From an uncultured Nitrospiraceae bacterium (lineage in GTDB: Bacteria > Nitrospirota > Nitrospiria > Nitrospirales > Nitrospiraceae), in NCBI GenBank assembly GCA_963706325.1, contig CAVPLT010000004.1, forward strand, positions 768,001 to 832,000: 64,000 nucleotides of DNA, given 5' to 3'. Below are positions 19,407 to 29,357 of this stretch, piece by piece; position 1 is the stretch's first letter; each line of letters starts with the position of its first letter. The notes beneath the pieces were generated by a model. The model was not told the origin of the DNA, did not search any database, and saw only the letters and a list, made by a program, of their open reading frames with translations. The position numbers and the translations under genes were made by a program.

Positions 19407-20240
19407 CTATTTCACGCGGGGTGACACCTGCTCAATCCTCCAGGTCGGGCCCTTTGGATAGAGACTTCCCTCAAAACGGACGAAAGCCGGCGCGTCCTTT
19501 TTTATCAACCAAAAATGATAGTCCGGTGGGGTTTTGCCGAAGATCGACGCGACGGTGCCTAGGAACCAGCCAAGACGAGGTTTCAAGACATAGTGCGCGG
19601 CTGTGGCTTTGGTGTCGTTCCGAGTGGTATTGCGCGTCGGTTCGGCATCGATCAGCTTCAATTCGACCTCATAGAGTTTCGGTTCCGGATCGAAAACCAC
19701 CATATGGACGGACGCGCCGGTTTTTCCGCGAAGGTTTTTTAACGCGGTGATCGTCATGCCGTTGTACACATCGACGGGTAAATCGAGATGGCCGGAGGTG
19801 ACCTGTTCTTGGCTTGTCTTTCCATGTTGCCGGACTTGATATTGGCCCGTCTCGCCGTTCAGCGAGATGGTTAATGGCTCTGGAAACGCCGGTCCGCGTT
19901 GTGTCAGTTGATAGCTCAGCAACGTGAGGTGCTTTTTTTGGGAAAATGTCACGGTTTCGTCATACAGGGAGCCGTCAGTGAAACGAAAGGTCAGGCGACT
20001 CGCCAGCCGATCGGCCCCTGTCACTAGTTGACTGAGTTCACCATCTGCGAGCTTCTTCCCGTCCAGCGTCTTGAGTGTCACAAAGCCTTCGCTGACCCCT
20101 TCGGGATAGAGTACTTCAATGGGCGCAGCAAAAAGTTCTGCGGCCACAAACAGGATGCCGGCCAGGAACATTCCGAACCAGCCGGCCGTCATCCAGGTGA
20201 GAGGGCCATGTATAGGACAGAAGAATTTGGATAGGTGCAT
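19407..20240 (-). CDS. Hypothetical exported beta-rich protein; the true start may be ATG 20192
   Basis: 277-aa ORF with a hydrophobic signal-like segment; it fills the gap between neighbouring genes. Confidence 0.7.
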   Translation of the reverse strand: MHLSKFFCPIHGPLTWMTAGWFGMFLAGILFVAAELFAAPIEVLYPEGVSEGFVTLKTLDGKKLADGELSQLVTGADRLASRLTFRFTDGSLYDETVTFSQKKHLTLLSYQLTQRGPAFPEPLTISLNGETGQYQVRQHGKTSQEQVTSGHLDLPVDVYNGMTITALKNLRGKTGASVHMVVFDPEPKLYEVELKLIDAEPTRNTTRNDTKATAAHYVLKPRLGWFLGTVASIFGKTPPDYHFWLIKKDAPAFVRFEGSLYPKGPTWRIEQVSPRVK

Positions 20241-20250
20241 AGATTTGACA

Positions 20251-20295
20251 ACTATAATGCGAATGGTTGGATTTCAACACTGGTGATTAACCTAG
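20251..20295 (-). promoter_or_regulatory. Degenerate palindromic box plus -10 element
   Basis: CTGGT-GATTAA-CCTAG (20280-20295), 23-nt gap, TATAGT on the minus strand. Confidence 0.6.
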
Positions 20296-20402
20296 TGGGC
20301 GCCTGAAGTGGCGGCCATATGACAGAGAGGGTTTCTGGGGATGGATGATTTCTGGGCTTGATGCAAACTGTCGGCTAATACCCGGTGGAATCGGCCAGAT
20401 GA

Positions 20403-20447
20403 CTAGGAATTTTACTAGGGATGAGATGCATAGAGATGTCTTATAAC
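20403..20447 (+). promoter_or_regulatory. Palindromic box (1 mismatch) plus -10-like element
   Basis: CTAGG-AATTTT-ACTAG (20403-20418), 23-nt gap, TATAAC. Confidence 0.65.
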
Positions 20448-20505
20448 GAGGCACACTTGTAGGCACGCCAAGCCTTTTAGCACGAAAGGAGAGTATAGGT
20501 AGAGT

Positions 20506-21840
20506 ATGGAAGTTACGCAGCGTGGATGTGGCGAGCCGCCTGTCTGGAGGATTGCATGCTCTCTGGTAATCATTATGGCCATTTCTGGACCTTGGCATGG
20601 GCAGGCAGAGGCGGAAGAACCGACTCCCATCGCCGGCGAAGAATTTCGTACGACTCTGTTCGGCGAAGAAATCTATGTGCCGCCCCGCGATCGCAGAAGT
20701 GTGACGGCCGTGAGCTTCGGCCTTCAGTTCATTCCGAACGGGCCCAGCTTTCAAGAGCTCCTGCCGTTCGGAGCCTTATACCTTTGGCGCAACTGGGATG
20801 ATGATAACCGACGGCTCCGCGGGACCTTTTCCGGAGTGGTCAACGACGTCGATTACACGATCGGCTTGCGAGACTACCCGAACTGGTCGCTGCTCTTTAC
20901 GTGGGACAATTTCATTCTGCCCTTTGGTCGTTCGGAATTTGTGCAAGGCCAGCGGCAGCGAGGAACGGAATTGGAATGGAGTTATGCATTTGCCGGCGCG
21001 GGAATTGGCTATCGATTGCCGATCCATCCATTTCGCCAGGACAGCGCCGTAAATATTTCTCTGACGTATGAAGCCGGCTATCGGTGGTTTGCGGGAACCG
21101 GTCACACCTCCGCGGACTATGGTGTCCCCAAAGACACGTATGAGGGGCGGATCCACTTTCGTATCCGTGCCGATTCGCTAAAGCGAAATCTGATGGAACT
21201 CCCCCATGAGGGTTTCACGATGGGAGGAGATTTCGTCCATGGGCGCCGGGCGAAGTGGGATCAATGGGGAGGGCCACCGTTTGCCACACCTGACTTCAAA
21301 CAGGAGCGGACATATTTGCAAGGGAGCGCGTATGCGCTCATGGCGACCGGCCTTCCATTTATTGAAAGCGACAAACACCGCCTGCTGACAAGTATCCACG
21401 GAGGGATCGGGAAAGATTTGGACCGCTTTTCCGCCTTTCGACTGGCGAGTCGCCCCACTGGGTATGAATGGGAAGCCATCTCTCTCCCCATGATTCACGG
21501 CGTGGCGTTTAACGAACTTTTCCCGACAAGGTACGCCGTGGCCAATTTGCAATATCGCTACGAGGCGCTTTTCTTTTTCTATCCCTACGTTGAAGCGACC
21601 TGGGGACTGGTCGAGCGGCCTGTTTTCACCAACAACGCTGAGACCGCCATCAAAAGCGTCACCGACTCGTTACCTACGCTAGGAGGGGGGCTGGTCACGG
21701 GCGCGCCATTTAAGTCTCAGCTTGAGCTGAACTACACGTACAATTTTGGCATTTATCGTGATCCGGGTGGTGCTCCACCAACTAAAGGCGGACATGGATT
21801 GATCCTCTTCTGGTCAAAGGAAATAGGCAGCAGCAGTTGA
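20506..21840 (+). CDS. Putative outer-membrane beta-barrel protein
   Basis: Signal peptide and many aromatic-rich amphipathic beta-strand-like segments. Confidence 0.65.
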   Translation: MEVTQRGCGEPPVWRIACSLVIIMAISGPWHGQAEAEEPTPIAGEEFRTTLFGEEIYVPPRDRRSVTAVSFGLQFIPNGPSFQELLPFGALYLWRNWDDDNRRLRGTFSGVVNDVDYTIGLRDYPNWSLLFTWDNFILPFGRSEFVQGQRQRGTELEWSYAFAGAGIGYRLPIHPFRQDSAVNISLTYEAGYRWFAGTGHTSADYGVPKDTYEGRIHFRIRADSLKRNLMELPHEGFTMGGDFVHGRRAKWDQWGGPPFATPDFKQERTYLQGSAYALMATGLPFIESDKHRLLTSIHGGIGKDLDRFSAFRLASRPTGYEWEAISLPMIHGVAFNELFPTRYAVANLQYRYEALFFFYPYVEATWGLVERPVFTNNAETAIKSVTDSLPTLGGGLVTGAPFKSQLELNYTYNFGIYRDPGGAPPTKGGHGLILFWSKEIGSSS

Positions 21841-21937
21841 TAAGAAGCCGCGGGGATTGTTCACCGGTCCACCGGTGATCAGTGATAATCTTCCCTGGTG
21901 TATGGAAAACCCCCTCGCATATCACGATACAACGATG

Positions 21938-21982
21938 GTAGGATCTAGCCCATCGCAAAATGCCCACGAAATACGATAAAGT
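21938..21982 (+). promoter_or_regulatory. Weak palindromic box plus -10 element upstream of response regulator 1
   Basis: GTAGG-ATCTAG-CCCAT (3 mismatches), 23-nt gap, TAAAGT. Supported mainly by the spacing. Confidence 0.45.
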
Positions 21983-22071
21983 GACCCACGCGTGCCCGGA
22001 CCAGACCTCACATGACGTGAAGCAGTGTCGTTCTATTTCACCACCCCTTGGCTAAGCCCGGGAGCAGAAGC

Positions 22072-22758
22072 ATGAAACATAGAGTACTGATTGCTGACGA
22101 TCATACCCTTGTTGCCGAGGGGGTCGAGAAACTTCTGGAGCATGAGTTTCAATTGTGCGGCAGGGTGGCCGATGGCCGGGCGCTCGTTCGGGCAGTAGAA
22201 AAGGACAAGCCCGATATTGCTATCGTGGATATCGCTCTCCCCTTATTGAATGGCCTAGACGCCTGTCGTCAGATTCGGAAAACTACGCCTGAAGTGAAGT
22301 TGCTCGTCCTCACCATGCACAGCGAGCAATATTTTGTGACGGAAGCGTTTCGCGCGGGAGTGTCAGGCTATGTTCTGAAGCAATCTGTGGCAGAAGAATT
22401 AGTGTTTGCCATCAAGGAAGTGCTCAAAGGCCGGTTGTATGTTTCTCCCAGCGTCGCAGAGAATCTTGTCGAGCAGGCGTTGAACCCTGCGGAGGCGCGG
22501 CCTTCAGGAGGTGTCCAAGGCGGGTCCGATAAATTAAGCGCTCGCCAGCGTGAAGTGTTACAGCTGATCGCAGAAGGGCAGTCGACGAAGGAAATTGCCT
22601 CGACTCTCAATGTATCCATCAAGACGATTGAATTTCACAAAACCCGTATTATGAAACAGCTCGGTGTTCATAGCACCGCTGAACTCACGAAGCATGCCAT
22701 CTCGATCGGTTTGATTGCCATGCCACAACAGCCTACGATGCCTGGAACACAGCCCTAA
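22072..22758 (+). CDS. NarL/FixJ-family response regulator (REC plus LuxR-type HTH)
   Basis: LIADDH, phosphoacceptor IVDIALP, and LSARQREVLQLIAEGQSTKEIA..LNVSIKTIEFHK. Confidence 0.95.
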   Translation: MKHRVLIADDHTLVAEGVEKLLEHEFQLCGRVADGRALVRAVEKDKPDIAIVDIALPLLNGLDACRQIRKTTPEVKLLVLTMHSEQYFVTEAFRAGVSGYVLKQSVAEELVFAIKEVLKGRLYVSPSVAENLVEQALNPAEARPSGGVQGGSDKLSARQREVLQLIAEGQSTKEIASTLNVSIKTIEFHKTRIMKQLGVHSTAELTKHAISIGLIAMPQQPTMPGTQP

Positions 22759-22943
22759 CTCACAGAGTTTTTCTTTGCCCTCCACGATGCCACGGCCGGC
22801 GCAGATATGCTCTCTACTTTAGTCAGCCCGCGGCTCCACAAATAACTGTTAACATACCGACGGGATGACGTCTCGTGGCGAAGGAATGCGCAGGACTGTG
22901 TATTTTGCGGGCCGCCGGAGGATCTTCTTCAACAATCCAATCG

Positions 22944-23600
22944 TTAAGGATGATGCTCATCGAGGCGCGTCAAGCCTTGCGAGAGGGCGAAGCGTGTCAA
23001 TTCCGCCGTGGTTCGAATGCCGAGCCTCCGCGTGATATTGCCTTTGTGAAACTCCACCGCTTTCGTAGACACTTGCATGCTGTCTGCAATTTCCTTCGTT
23101 GAAAGTCCTCTCGTCAGCAACTGTAAAACTTCTTGTTGACGCGGTGTCAGTTTCGACGAAAACCCCTCCGGCTTGACCCATGGCGTCTCGATCGCATCCT
23201 GTACTTCAAGCGAGAGCTGCGGGGACACATACCGTTGGTTCCTCAACGCAGCCGTCAGGGCGCTGAGCAGCTCAGTCGATGCCGACTGTTTTAAGACGTA
23301 GGCGGAAGCTCCCATGGCGAAGGCCTGTGAGATATAAAATGGCTCGCCCATCATCGTCACAAAAATTAATTTTGCGTGGGGGACTGTCGCTTTCAGCTGT
23401 CTGGCCACATCGAGGCCATTCAGGGTCGGCATAGAAATATCCAACAGAATGACGTCGGGGTTGAGACGAGGAGCGATATCTAAGAGTTCCTGTCCATTCG
23501 CCGCCGTTCCGACTACTGAATATTCCGGTTCCAGTAATTGCCGGTAAGCTTCCAGTACGATGCTATGGTCGTCCGCGATTACAAGTCGTGCTTTGGACAC
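22944..23600 (-). CDS. NarL/FixJ-family response regulator (REC plus LuxR-type HTH)
   Basis: VIADDH, LLDISMP, and LTPRQQEVLQLLTRGLSTKEIA...VSTKAVEFHK. Confidence 0.95.
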   Translation of the reverse strand: MSKARLVIADDHSIVLEAYRQLLEPEYSVVGTAANGQELLDIAPRLNPDVILLDISMPTLNGLDVARQLKATVPHAKLIFVTMMGEPFYISQAFAMGASAYVLKQSASTELLSALTAALRNQRYVSPQLSLEVQDAIETPWVKPEGFSSKLTPRQQEVLQLLTRGLSTKEIADSMQVSTKAVEFHKGNITRRLGIRTTAELTRFALSQGLTRLDEHHP

Positions 23601-23725
23601 AAAGCTCCTTGATTCGTCAGGTTCCGCATGCCCCGCCGATGCCCGAGCTATTGCACTCGTCCTTCAGATTATCAGGGTCAGCAAAAATTTTATAGTCGCA
23701 AGGATATCAGGTTTTCTGCCTGTAT

Positions 23726-23770
23726 TTCATAGCACGTTTCAAATGCCGGACCGCCTAGGAAAGCCCCCAG
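23726..23770 (-). promoter_or_regulatory. Palindromic box (1 mismatch) facing response regulator 2
   Basis: CTAGG-AAAGCC-CCCAG (23755-23770), 23-nt gap, TATGAA on the minus strand. Confidence 0.6.
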
Positions 23771-23782
23771 ACTTCGGCGTCG

Positions 23783-23827
23783 CCAGGGCTTCGCCTAGTA
23801 GAGACCAGGAGACGGCCATGCTAACGT
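23783..23827 (+). promoter_or_regulatory. Palindromic box (1 mismatch) plus extended -10 element facing sod
   Basis: CCAGG-GCTTCG-CCTAG (23783-23798), 23-nt gap, TG-c-TAACGT. Confidence 0.7.
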
Positions 23828-23880
23828 CGAAATAGCTAATGTGGCCTTTGACGGCGAGCTTGGTTTAAGGAGAGCGGGAG

Positions 23881-24537
23881 ATGAAAACTTCAGGACAGTA
23901 CCAAGTCAAATCCTATGATCTCTACGGCTTATCAGGCATTTCCGATCAGACGTTACAGCTCCATTTCGGACTATATGAAGGCTATGTGAAGGCCTCAAAT
24001 GCGTTGCGCGCTCAACTAAACGAATTTATGCGCGATGGAAAAGTTGATCAGGAAGAGATGCCAGCCTATTCCGAACTGACTCGGCGTTTGGGTTTCGAAT
24101 ACAACGGTATGGTGCTGCATGAATACTATTTTGGCAATTTACGGCGAGGAGGGAGCGACCGGCCGACAGCCAATCGAGGACTCGGCCAAGCCATAGAACA
24201 AACTTTCGGAAGCTTTGAGAGATGGAAAGCCGATTTCTGCAGTGTAGGCATGATGCGGGGAGTCGGCTGGGCAATTTGCAATGTCGACCCATCCAGCGGC
24301 AGGATTTCCAACCACTGGATCACGCTCCACGAACATGGGAACGTCGCCGGGTTCGTGCCCATACTGACCATGGATGTCTGGGAGCACGCCTACCTGTTGG
24401 ATTACAAACCGTCCGAAAAGAAGCAATACATCGACGCGTTCTTTTCCAATATCGATTGGAACATCGTAGAAGAGCGGTTGCAAGCCGGGCTTGCATTTGG
24501 AGCAGTCGCGCGGAGAGGAGGTGTGGTGACCTCATGA
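23881..24537 (+). CDS. Fe/Mn superoxide dismutase
   Basis: Metal ligands in LHF.LY.GYV, LHEYYF and DVWEHAY; AAGGAG RBS. Confidence 0.92.
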   Translation: MKTSGQYQVKSYDLYGLSGISDQTLQLHFGLYEGYVKASNALRAQLNEFMRDGKVDQEEMPAYSELTRRLGFEYNGMVLHEYYFGNLRRGGSDRPTANRGLGQAIEQTFGSFERWKADFCSVGMMRGVGWAICNVDPSSGRISNHWITLHEHGNVAGFVPILTMDVWEHAYLLDYKPSEKKQYIDAFFSNIDWNIVEERLQAGLAFGAVARRGGVVTS

Positions 24538-24710
24538 ACGTAGCGATTTGTACCCTGTTAAACCCAGATCCACTGCATCCTAATCCCAATCCGGATCCGT
24601 TCCCCCAACCAGAACCGAATCCCACTCCTCCTGAGCCCTTTCCACCGCCCATTCCTCCCCAGCCGACACGTCCTCCCATCCCTCAACTGGGGAAAGGAAC
24701 GGTTTCATGA
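24534..24710 (+). CDS. 58-aa proline-rich microprotein
   Basis: MNVAICTLLNPDPLHPNPNPDPFPQPEPNPTPPEPFPPPIPPQPTRPPIPQLGKGTVS*; the start overlaps the sod stop (ATGA). Confidence 0.5.
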   Translation: MNVAICTLLNPDPLHPNPNPDPFPQPEPNPTPPEPFPPPIPPQPTRPPIPQLGKGTVS

Positions 24711-25056
24711 CAGAAAATGATGACGGCGAATCCCGGTACCGCATGCAGATGGATTTCTCCCCTCAACGGTGAAAAGTCTTATGGAAACTTCACAGAATGC
24801 AGAAGCGATTCGCCGCTGGAGCGATCATGAAGAGTGAGTCACGCTGGATTTCCAGATCTCAATGCCAGGGTGGTAGAATGTGACGAACCGATAATCTCCT
24901 TATTGTCGGAAAAGGCGTTTCCATATCACAGGCGACACCCCACGCTGCCGCTCGTTGCTGACGGTCGGCGAAAAGAGGCCTCTGCCTGTATAGGCGTGTC
25001 CGATGAGACGCCCACCTAATGATCATCGGAACGAACTTTGAAAGCCGCGGGTGCCC

Positions 25057-25500
25057 ATGGCGACAGGTAAGGAAAGATTGCAATCCAGTATTTATTTGGA
25101 AACGACGGTCAATGAGCAACTGGGGTTGCTGCCGGGTGAGGACCGCACGGTGAAACATGCGATGGTCACGGCGGTGAAGGTGGCATCGCCAGAGACGAGT
25201 GTGAAGGAGGCCGTCAGGATGATGAAAGAATTCGCGGTGCCGGCGATTGTCGTGTACGAGGGCAACCAGCTGATAGGTGTACTCAGCGACCGTGATGTGG
25301 CGTTGAACCAACCCGCTTTGGGAAATGGTGAGCATGTTCCCGTCGGAATTATCATGAGCGGTGATGCGTCCGTTTGTCACGAAGATGATCGCCTAATGGA
25401 CGCCGGCGCACTCATGCGAGCCTCGAATGTGGAGTGGTTGCCTGTCCTGGATCGTGGCGACCATTTAGTGGGGGTGCTTTCTCGTTACGCGCTTCCATAG
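25057..25500 (+). CDS. CBS domain pair protein
   Basis: TVKHAM....ASPETSVKEAVRMM...LIGVLSDRD and LPVLDRGDHLVGVLS. Confidence 0.85.
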   Translation: MATGKERLQSSIYLETTVNEQLGLLPGEDRTVKHAMVTAVKVASPETSVKEAVRMMKEFAVPAIVVYEGNQLIGVLSDRDVALNQPALGNGEHVPVGIIMSGDASVCHEDDRLMDAGALMRASNVEWLPVLDRGDHLVGVLSRYALP

Positions 25501-25565
25501 GGACCGTACCCCTGTACGGTGCTGATCTCTGCAGTGATCGTCAAACAGGTGGTAAGGGCGAGACA

Positions 25566-25610
25566 CTAGGGGTCTGCCTAGTTAGGTTGACGAGGTTCCT
25601 CTACTAACCT
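25566..25610 (+). promoter_or_regulatory. Palindromic box plus -10 element upstream of the ferritin-like/glgX operon
   Basis: CTAGG-GGTCTG-CCTAG (25566-25581), 23-nt gap, TAACCT. Confidence 0.75.
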
Positions 25611-25660
25611 GGGATGGTGCCGGGAGTACCGAATCAATCGGAGTCAATCGGAGTCATAAG

Positions 25661-25849
25661 ATGCCAAGGTACCCGGTCATGAGACGTATCGGGCTCTTTC
25701 TATCGCTTGCCACCTGTGCAGTCGCAGTCTGTGCGCTGCCAAAAACTCTTGCCAACCGACCGTCTGAGCATATTACCGATCCGGAGGTCTCCACTGAGTT
25801 AGGCGTCGAATCAGCTTGGCCGCACCTCCGACCGGACCTTGCTCTCTAA
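25661..25849 (+). CDS. Possible small exported hypothetical protein
   Basis: 62 aa, signal-like N-terminus, GGAG RBS, just downstream of a box promoter. Confidence 0.4.
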   Translation: MPRYPVMRRIGLFLSLATCAVAVCALPKTLANRPSEHITDPEVSTELGVESAWPHLRPDLAL

Positions 25850-25909
25850 ATTGGCGCAAAAACATGCGTGGACACCCCACAACAGCGAACCGGTTAAAGG
25901 AGATTTATC

Positions 25910-26452
25910 ATGAAAAACGACACATCCCAGGCGTCAATCGTAAAGGACGTACAAGCAATTCGGGACCGCGCGCGGCAGCACATTGAGGAAGGCGCCCTGA
26001 CGGCCGACTATAAATGTGATCCTAAATTAGTTGTGAAACTGCTGAACGAAGCGTTAGCAACAGAGATCGTGTGCGTTCTGCGATACAAGCGGCACTATTT
26101 CATGGCCCAGGGCATGAATTCGGAAAGTGTCAAAGCGGAGTTTCTGGCCCATGCGGGCGAAGAGCAGGTTCATGCGGATGACCTGGCGGAACGGATCATC
26201 CAACTGGGCGGAGAGCCCGATCTCAACCCTGATGGGCTCTCAAGTCGGAGCCATTCGGAGTATGTCGAAGGCGAGAGTCTGGGAGACATGATCAAGGAAG
26301 ACCTGGTAGCAGAACGTATTGCGATTGAAAGTTACCGGGATATGATCAACTTCGTTGGGGATAACGATCCGACGACACGACGCCTCCTTGAAACTATCTT
26401 GATGAAAGAGGAAGAACACGCGGAAGATTTGGTGAGCCTCCTAAAATCCTAA
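25910..26452 (+). CDS. Ferritin-like (bacterioferritin/Dps superfamily) protein
   Basis: LNEALATE....RY, EEQVHAD...[21 protein letters not shown], and EEEHA di-iron ExxH motifs. Confidence 0.9.
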   Translation: MKNDTSQASIVKDVQAIRDRARQHIEEGALTADYKCDPKLVVKLLNEALATEIVCVLRYKRHYFMAQGMNSESVKAEFLAHAGEEQVHADDLAERIIQLGGEPDLNPDGLSSRSHSEYVEGESLGDMIKEDLVAERIAIESYRDMINFVGDNDPTTRRLLETILMKEEEHAEDLVSLLKS

Positions 26453-26492
26453 GCGGCAATCGATCAAGTCAGACAGGGAGACAGCAAGATAT

Positions 26493-28640
26493 ATGAAAAC
26501 ATGGCCAGGCCGGCCTTATCCATTGGGAGCGACATGGGATGGGGAGGGGGTAAATTTCGCATTATTTTCAGAAAATGCCACATCTGTCGATTTGTGCCTG
26601 TTTGATGGACCTGACACTCCTAAGGAATCACATCGGATTCGGATGGAGGAGCGGACCAATCAAACGTGGCACGTCTATCTACCCCAGAGCCGCCCGGGCC
26701 TCCATTATGGCTATCGAGTCGACGGACCTTATGATCCCGCTGCCGGACATCGGTTCAATCCCGCCAAATTGTTGATCGACCCCTACGCCAAATCCATTGC
26801 GGATACCATACGGTTGTCCGATCGCATGTTCGGGTATCGCCTCGGTGATCCTGACGGCGATTTGACGCGAGATGAACGAGACAGTGCGGCGGACATGCCG
26901 AAATGCGTGGTGGTCGACCAAGCGTTCAGCTGGGGCGGCGATCGGTTGCTTGGCACACCATGGTCCAAGACGGTCATTTACGAACTGCACGTCAAGGGCT
27001 TCACCGCGCGCCACCCGGATGTGCCGGACCATTTACGCGGTACGTATGCCGGCCTCGCGACTCCTGCCGTCATTGAGTACCTGCAGGGGTTGGGAGTGAC
27101 TGCCGTCGAACTGCTTCCGGTGCACCATGCCGTGCTAGATAAGCATTTGACCGACCAGGGGCTCACGAACTATTGGGGCTATAACACGATTGGTTTCTTT
27201 GCTCCTGACATGCGGTATGCCCTATCGCCCATCCGCGGACGGCATGTTCGGGAATTCAAGACCATGGTCAAGACCCTGCACAGCGCGGGCATCGAGGTCA
27301 TTTTGGACGTAGTGTATAACCACACGGCCGAAGGCAACCACCTCGGCCCGACCTTATCTTTCAGGGGCATCGACAACGCCACCTACTATCGCCTCACACC
27401 CGATGACCCGCGTTATTACGTGGACTATACGGGCTGTGGGAACAGTTTGAATGTTCGGCACCCACGGACGTTGCAGCTGATCATGGATAGTCTGCGCTAC
27501 TGGGTGCAGGACATGCACATTGACGGATTCCGGTTCGATCTTGCCTCCACCCTTGCGCGTGAGTTGCATGATGTCGATCGATTGAGCGCCTTCTTCGACA
27601 TCATTCATCAAGACCCGGTGTTGTCACAGGTGAAGTTGATTGCGGAGCCGTGGGACCTCGGCGAAGGCGGGTATCAGGTGGGGAACTTTCCTGTCGGATG
27701 GGCCGAGTGGAACGGGAAGTATCGCGATGCGATTCGACGCTACTGGAAAGGCGACGGCGGGCAGGTGGCGGAGCTTGCCTACCGGCTGTCGGGGAGCAGC
27801 GATTTGTACGAAATGAGCGGGAGACGCCCATTTGCCAGCATCAACTTCATTACCGCTCATGATGGATTTAGCCTCCACGATCTCGTGTCCTATAACGATA
27901 AACATAACGAGGCCAATGGCGAGAATAATCGAGATGGGACGAATGAGAATTCGAGTTGGAACTGCGGCGTAGAAGGGCCGACGGACGACCAGGCTGTCCA
28001 CGATCTGCGGATGAAACAAAAGCGCAACATGTTGGCCACATTACTGTTGTCACAAGGTGTTCCGATGTTATGCGGAGGGGACGAAATCAGCCGAACCCAG
28101 CAGGGGAATAACAATGCCTACTGTCAGGACAATGAAATCAGCTGGCACAATTGGCATCTATCCCAAGCCGATCGGTCCCTGCACACGTTCGTCAGACAGT
28201 TAATTGCGCTTCGGCAGGCGCATCCGGTGTTCAGAAGACGCCAGTTCTTTCAGGGCCGACAGATCCACGGCAGTGAGATTAAGGATATTGTCTGGCTCCA
28301 TTCAGACGGCAAGGAAATGGATGAGGCGGATTGGGCGCAAGGACACCTGCGCGCGATCGGACTGGTGCTGGCCGGCGATGCCATTGAAGAAAAAGATACT
28401 CGCGGCAATGCCATCGTGGATGACACCTTCCTGTTGTTGTTAAATGCCCATCATGAAGCGATTCAATTTGTGATGCCGCAGCACGATGAAAATACAGTCT
28501 GGCATCTTATTCTTGATACGGAGATCAGGCAGCCCCGGTATTTGAATCCTTCCTTCAAAGGGGGGGAGCAGTATGAAATTCACGCGCGCTCATTGGTGAT
28601 ATTTCGTCGAGAATCGATCGACAGCCTATCTTTCCGATAA
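26493..28640 (+). CDS. glgX: Glycogen debranching enzyme (isoamylase)
   Basis: [61 protein letters not shown]. Confidence 0.96.
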   Translation: MKTWPGRPYPLGATWDGEGVNFALFSENATSVDLCLFDGPDTPKESHRIRMEERTNQTWHVYLPQSRPGLHYGYRVDGPYDPAAGHRFNPAKLLIDPYAKSIADTIRLSDRMFGYRLGDPDGDLTRDERDSAADMPKCVVVDQAFSWGGDRLLGTPWSKTVIYELHVKGFTARHPDVPDHLRGTYAGLATPAVIEYLQGLGVTAVELLPVHHAVLDKHLTDQGLTNYWGYNTIGFFAPDMRYALSPIRGRHVREFKTMVKTLHSAGIEVILDVVYNHTAEGNHLGPTLSFRGIDNATYYRLTPDDPRYYVDYTGCGNSLNVRHPRTLQLIMDSLRYWVQDMHIDGFRFDLASTLARELHDVDRLSAFFDIIHQDPVLSQVKLIAEPWDLGEGGYQVGNFPVGWAEWNGKYRDAIRRYWKGDGGQVAELAYRLSGSSDLYEMSGRRPFASINFITAHDGFSLHDLVSYNDKHNEANGENNRDGTNENSSWNCGVEGPTDDQAVHDLRMKQKRNMLATLLLSQGVPMLCGGDEISRTQQGNNNAYCQDNEISWHNWHLSQADRSLHTFVRQLIALRQAHPVFRRRQFFQGRQIHGSEIKDIVWLHSDGKEMDEADWAQGHLRAIGLVLAGDAIEEKDTRGNAIVDDTFLLLLNAHHEAIQFVMPQHDENTVWHLILDTEIRQPRYLNPSFKGGEQYEIHARSLVIFRRESIDSLSFR

Positions 28641-28712
28641 TCTGTGGGCTCTATCCTGTCCTCCTTCCCTCTAAACGGCCACTGCAAAATATAGGGATTA
28701 CGTATACATCCA

Positions 28713-28748
28713 CGCGAGGAAACGCCCCCAGGAGGGCGTTTCCTCGCG
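28713..28748. repeat. Perfect 15-bp inverted repeat with a 6-nt loop
   Basis: CGCGAGGAAACGCCC-CCAGGA-GGGCGTTTCCTCGCG; no U-tract on either strand. Confidence 0.85.
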
Positions 28749-28750
28749 AA

Positions 28751-28795
28751 CTAGGGAAATGTCCAGTCCCTGCGGCGCAATTCCGGGGCTATAAG
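28751..28795 (+). promoter_or_regulatory. Degenerate palindromic box plus -10-like element upstream of the csbD region
   Basis: CTAGG-GAAATG-TCCAG (2 mismatches), 23-nt gap, TATAAG(T). Confidence 0.6.
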
Positions 28796-28814
28796 TAGGC
28801 TTAATAGAGGAATC

Positions 28815-29018
28815 ATGTGGAGGTTGGCGATGTACAGCATGAAATTACAAGGCATAAAGGGTCAAGTAGTCGTCGCGCTCAGCAATACCGAAGCGACAGA
28901 TGAGGTACGGCTGTACCGTAGAGGAAGATTAGGACTGGCCTCTCGCACACCGTGGGGACGTTCCGGTAAACCAACAGGGCAACAGATTCGCAGCACGCCG
29001 ATGGTCACGAGAAGATGA
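28815..29018 (+). CDS. Possible small hypothetical protein
   Basis: 67 aa, AGAGGA RBS, right after a box promoter; no motif. Confidence 0.35.
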   Translation: MWRLAMYSMKLQGIKGQVVVALSNTEATDEVRLYRRGRLGLASRTPWGRSGKPTGQQIRSTPMVTRR

Positions 29019-29061
29019 ATGCGCGAACCCATGTCCCAGTCACAACTGTAAGGAGGATGTT

Positions 29062-29301
29062 ATGAACGCCGACCAATTCAAGGGCAAATGGATACAGTTC
29101 AAAGGCGACGTGAAGCAGAAATGGGGCAAGCTCACGGACGATGACCTGATGCAAGTTGAAGGGAATTACGACAAATTCATCGGGAAAGTGCAAGAGCGCT
29201 ATGGCGATAAGAAAGAGGACGTCGTGCGTTGGGCCGACGATTGGCACACGCAACAGGGTAAGCCTGGGTCCACGTCCGCAGACACGCTTCCTCCGCGCTG
29301 A
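29062..29301 (+). CDS. CsbD/YjbJ family general stress protein
   Basis: MNADQFKGKWIQFKGDVKQKWGKLTDDDL..VEG..DK.IGKVQERYG; AAGGAGG RBS. Confidence 0.93.
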   Translation: MNADQFKGKWIQFKGDVKQKWGKLTDDDLMQVEGNYDKFIGKVQERYGDKKEDVVRWADDWHTQQGKPGSTSADTLPPR

Positions 29302-29357
29302 AAAGTAGATAGGCTCGGCGGGAAGACCTAGGAAGGGAGAAGTTCATTTCTAAACTG

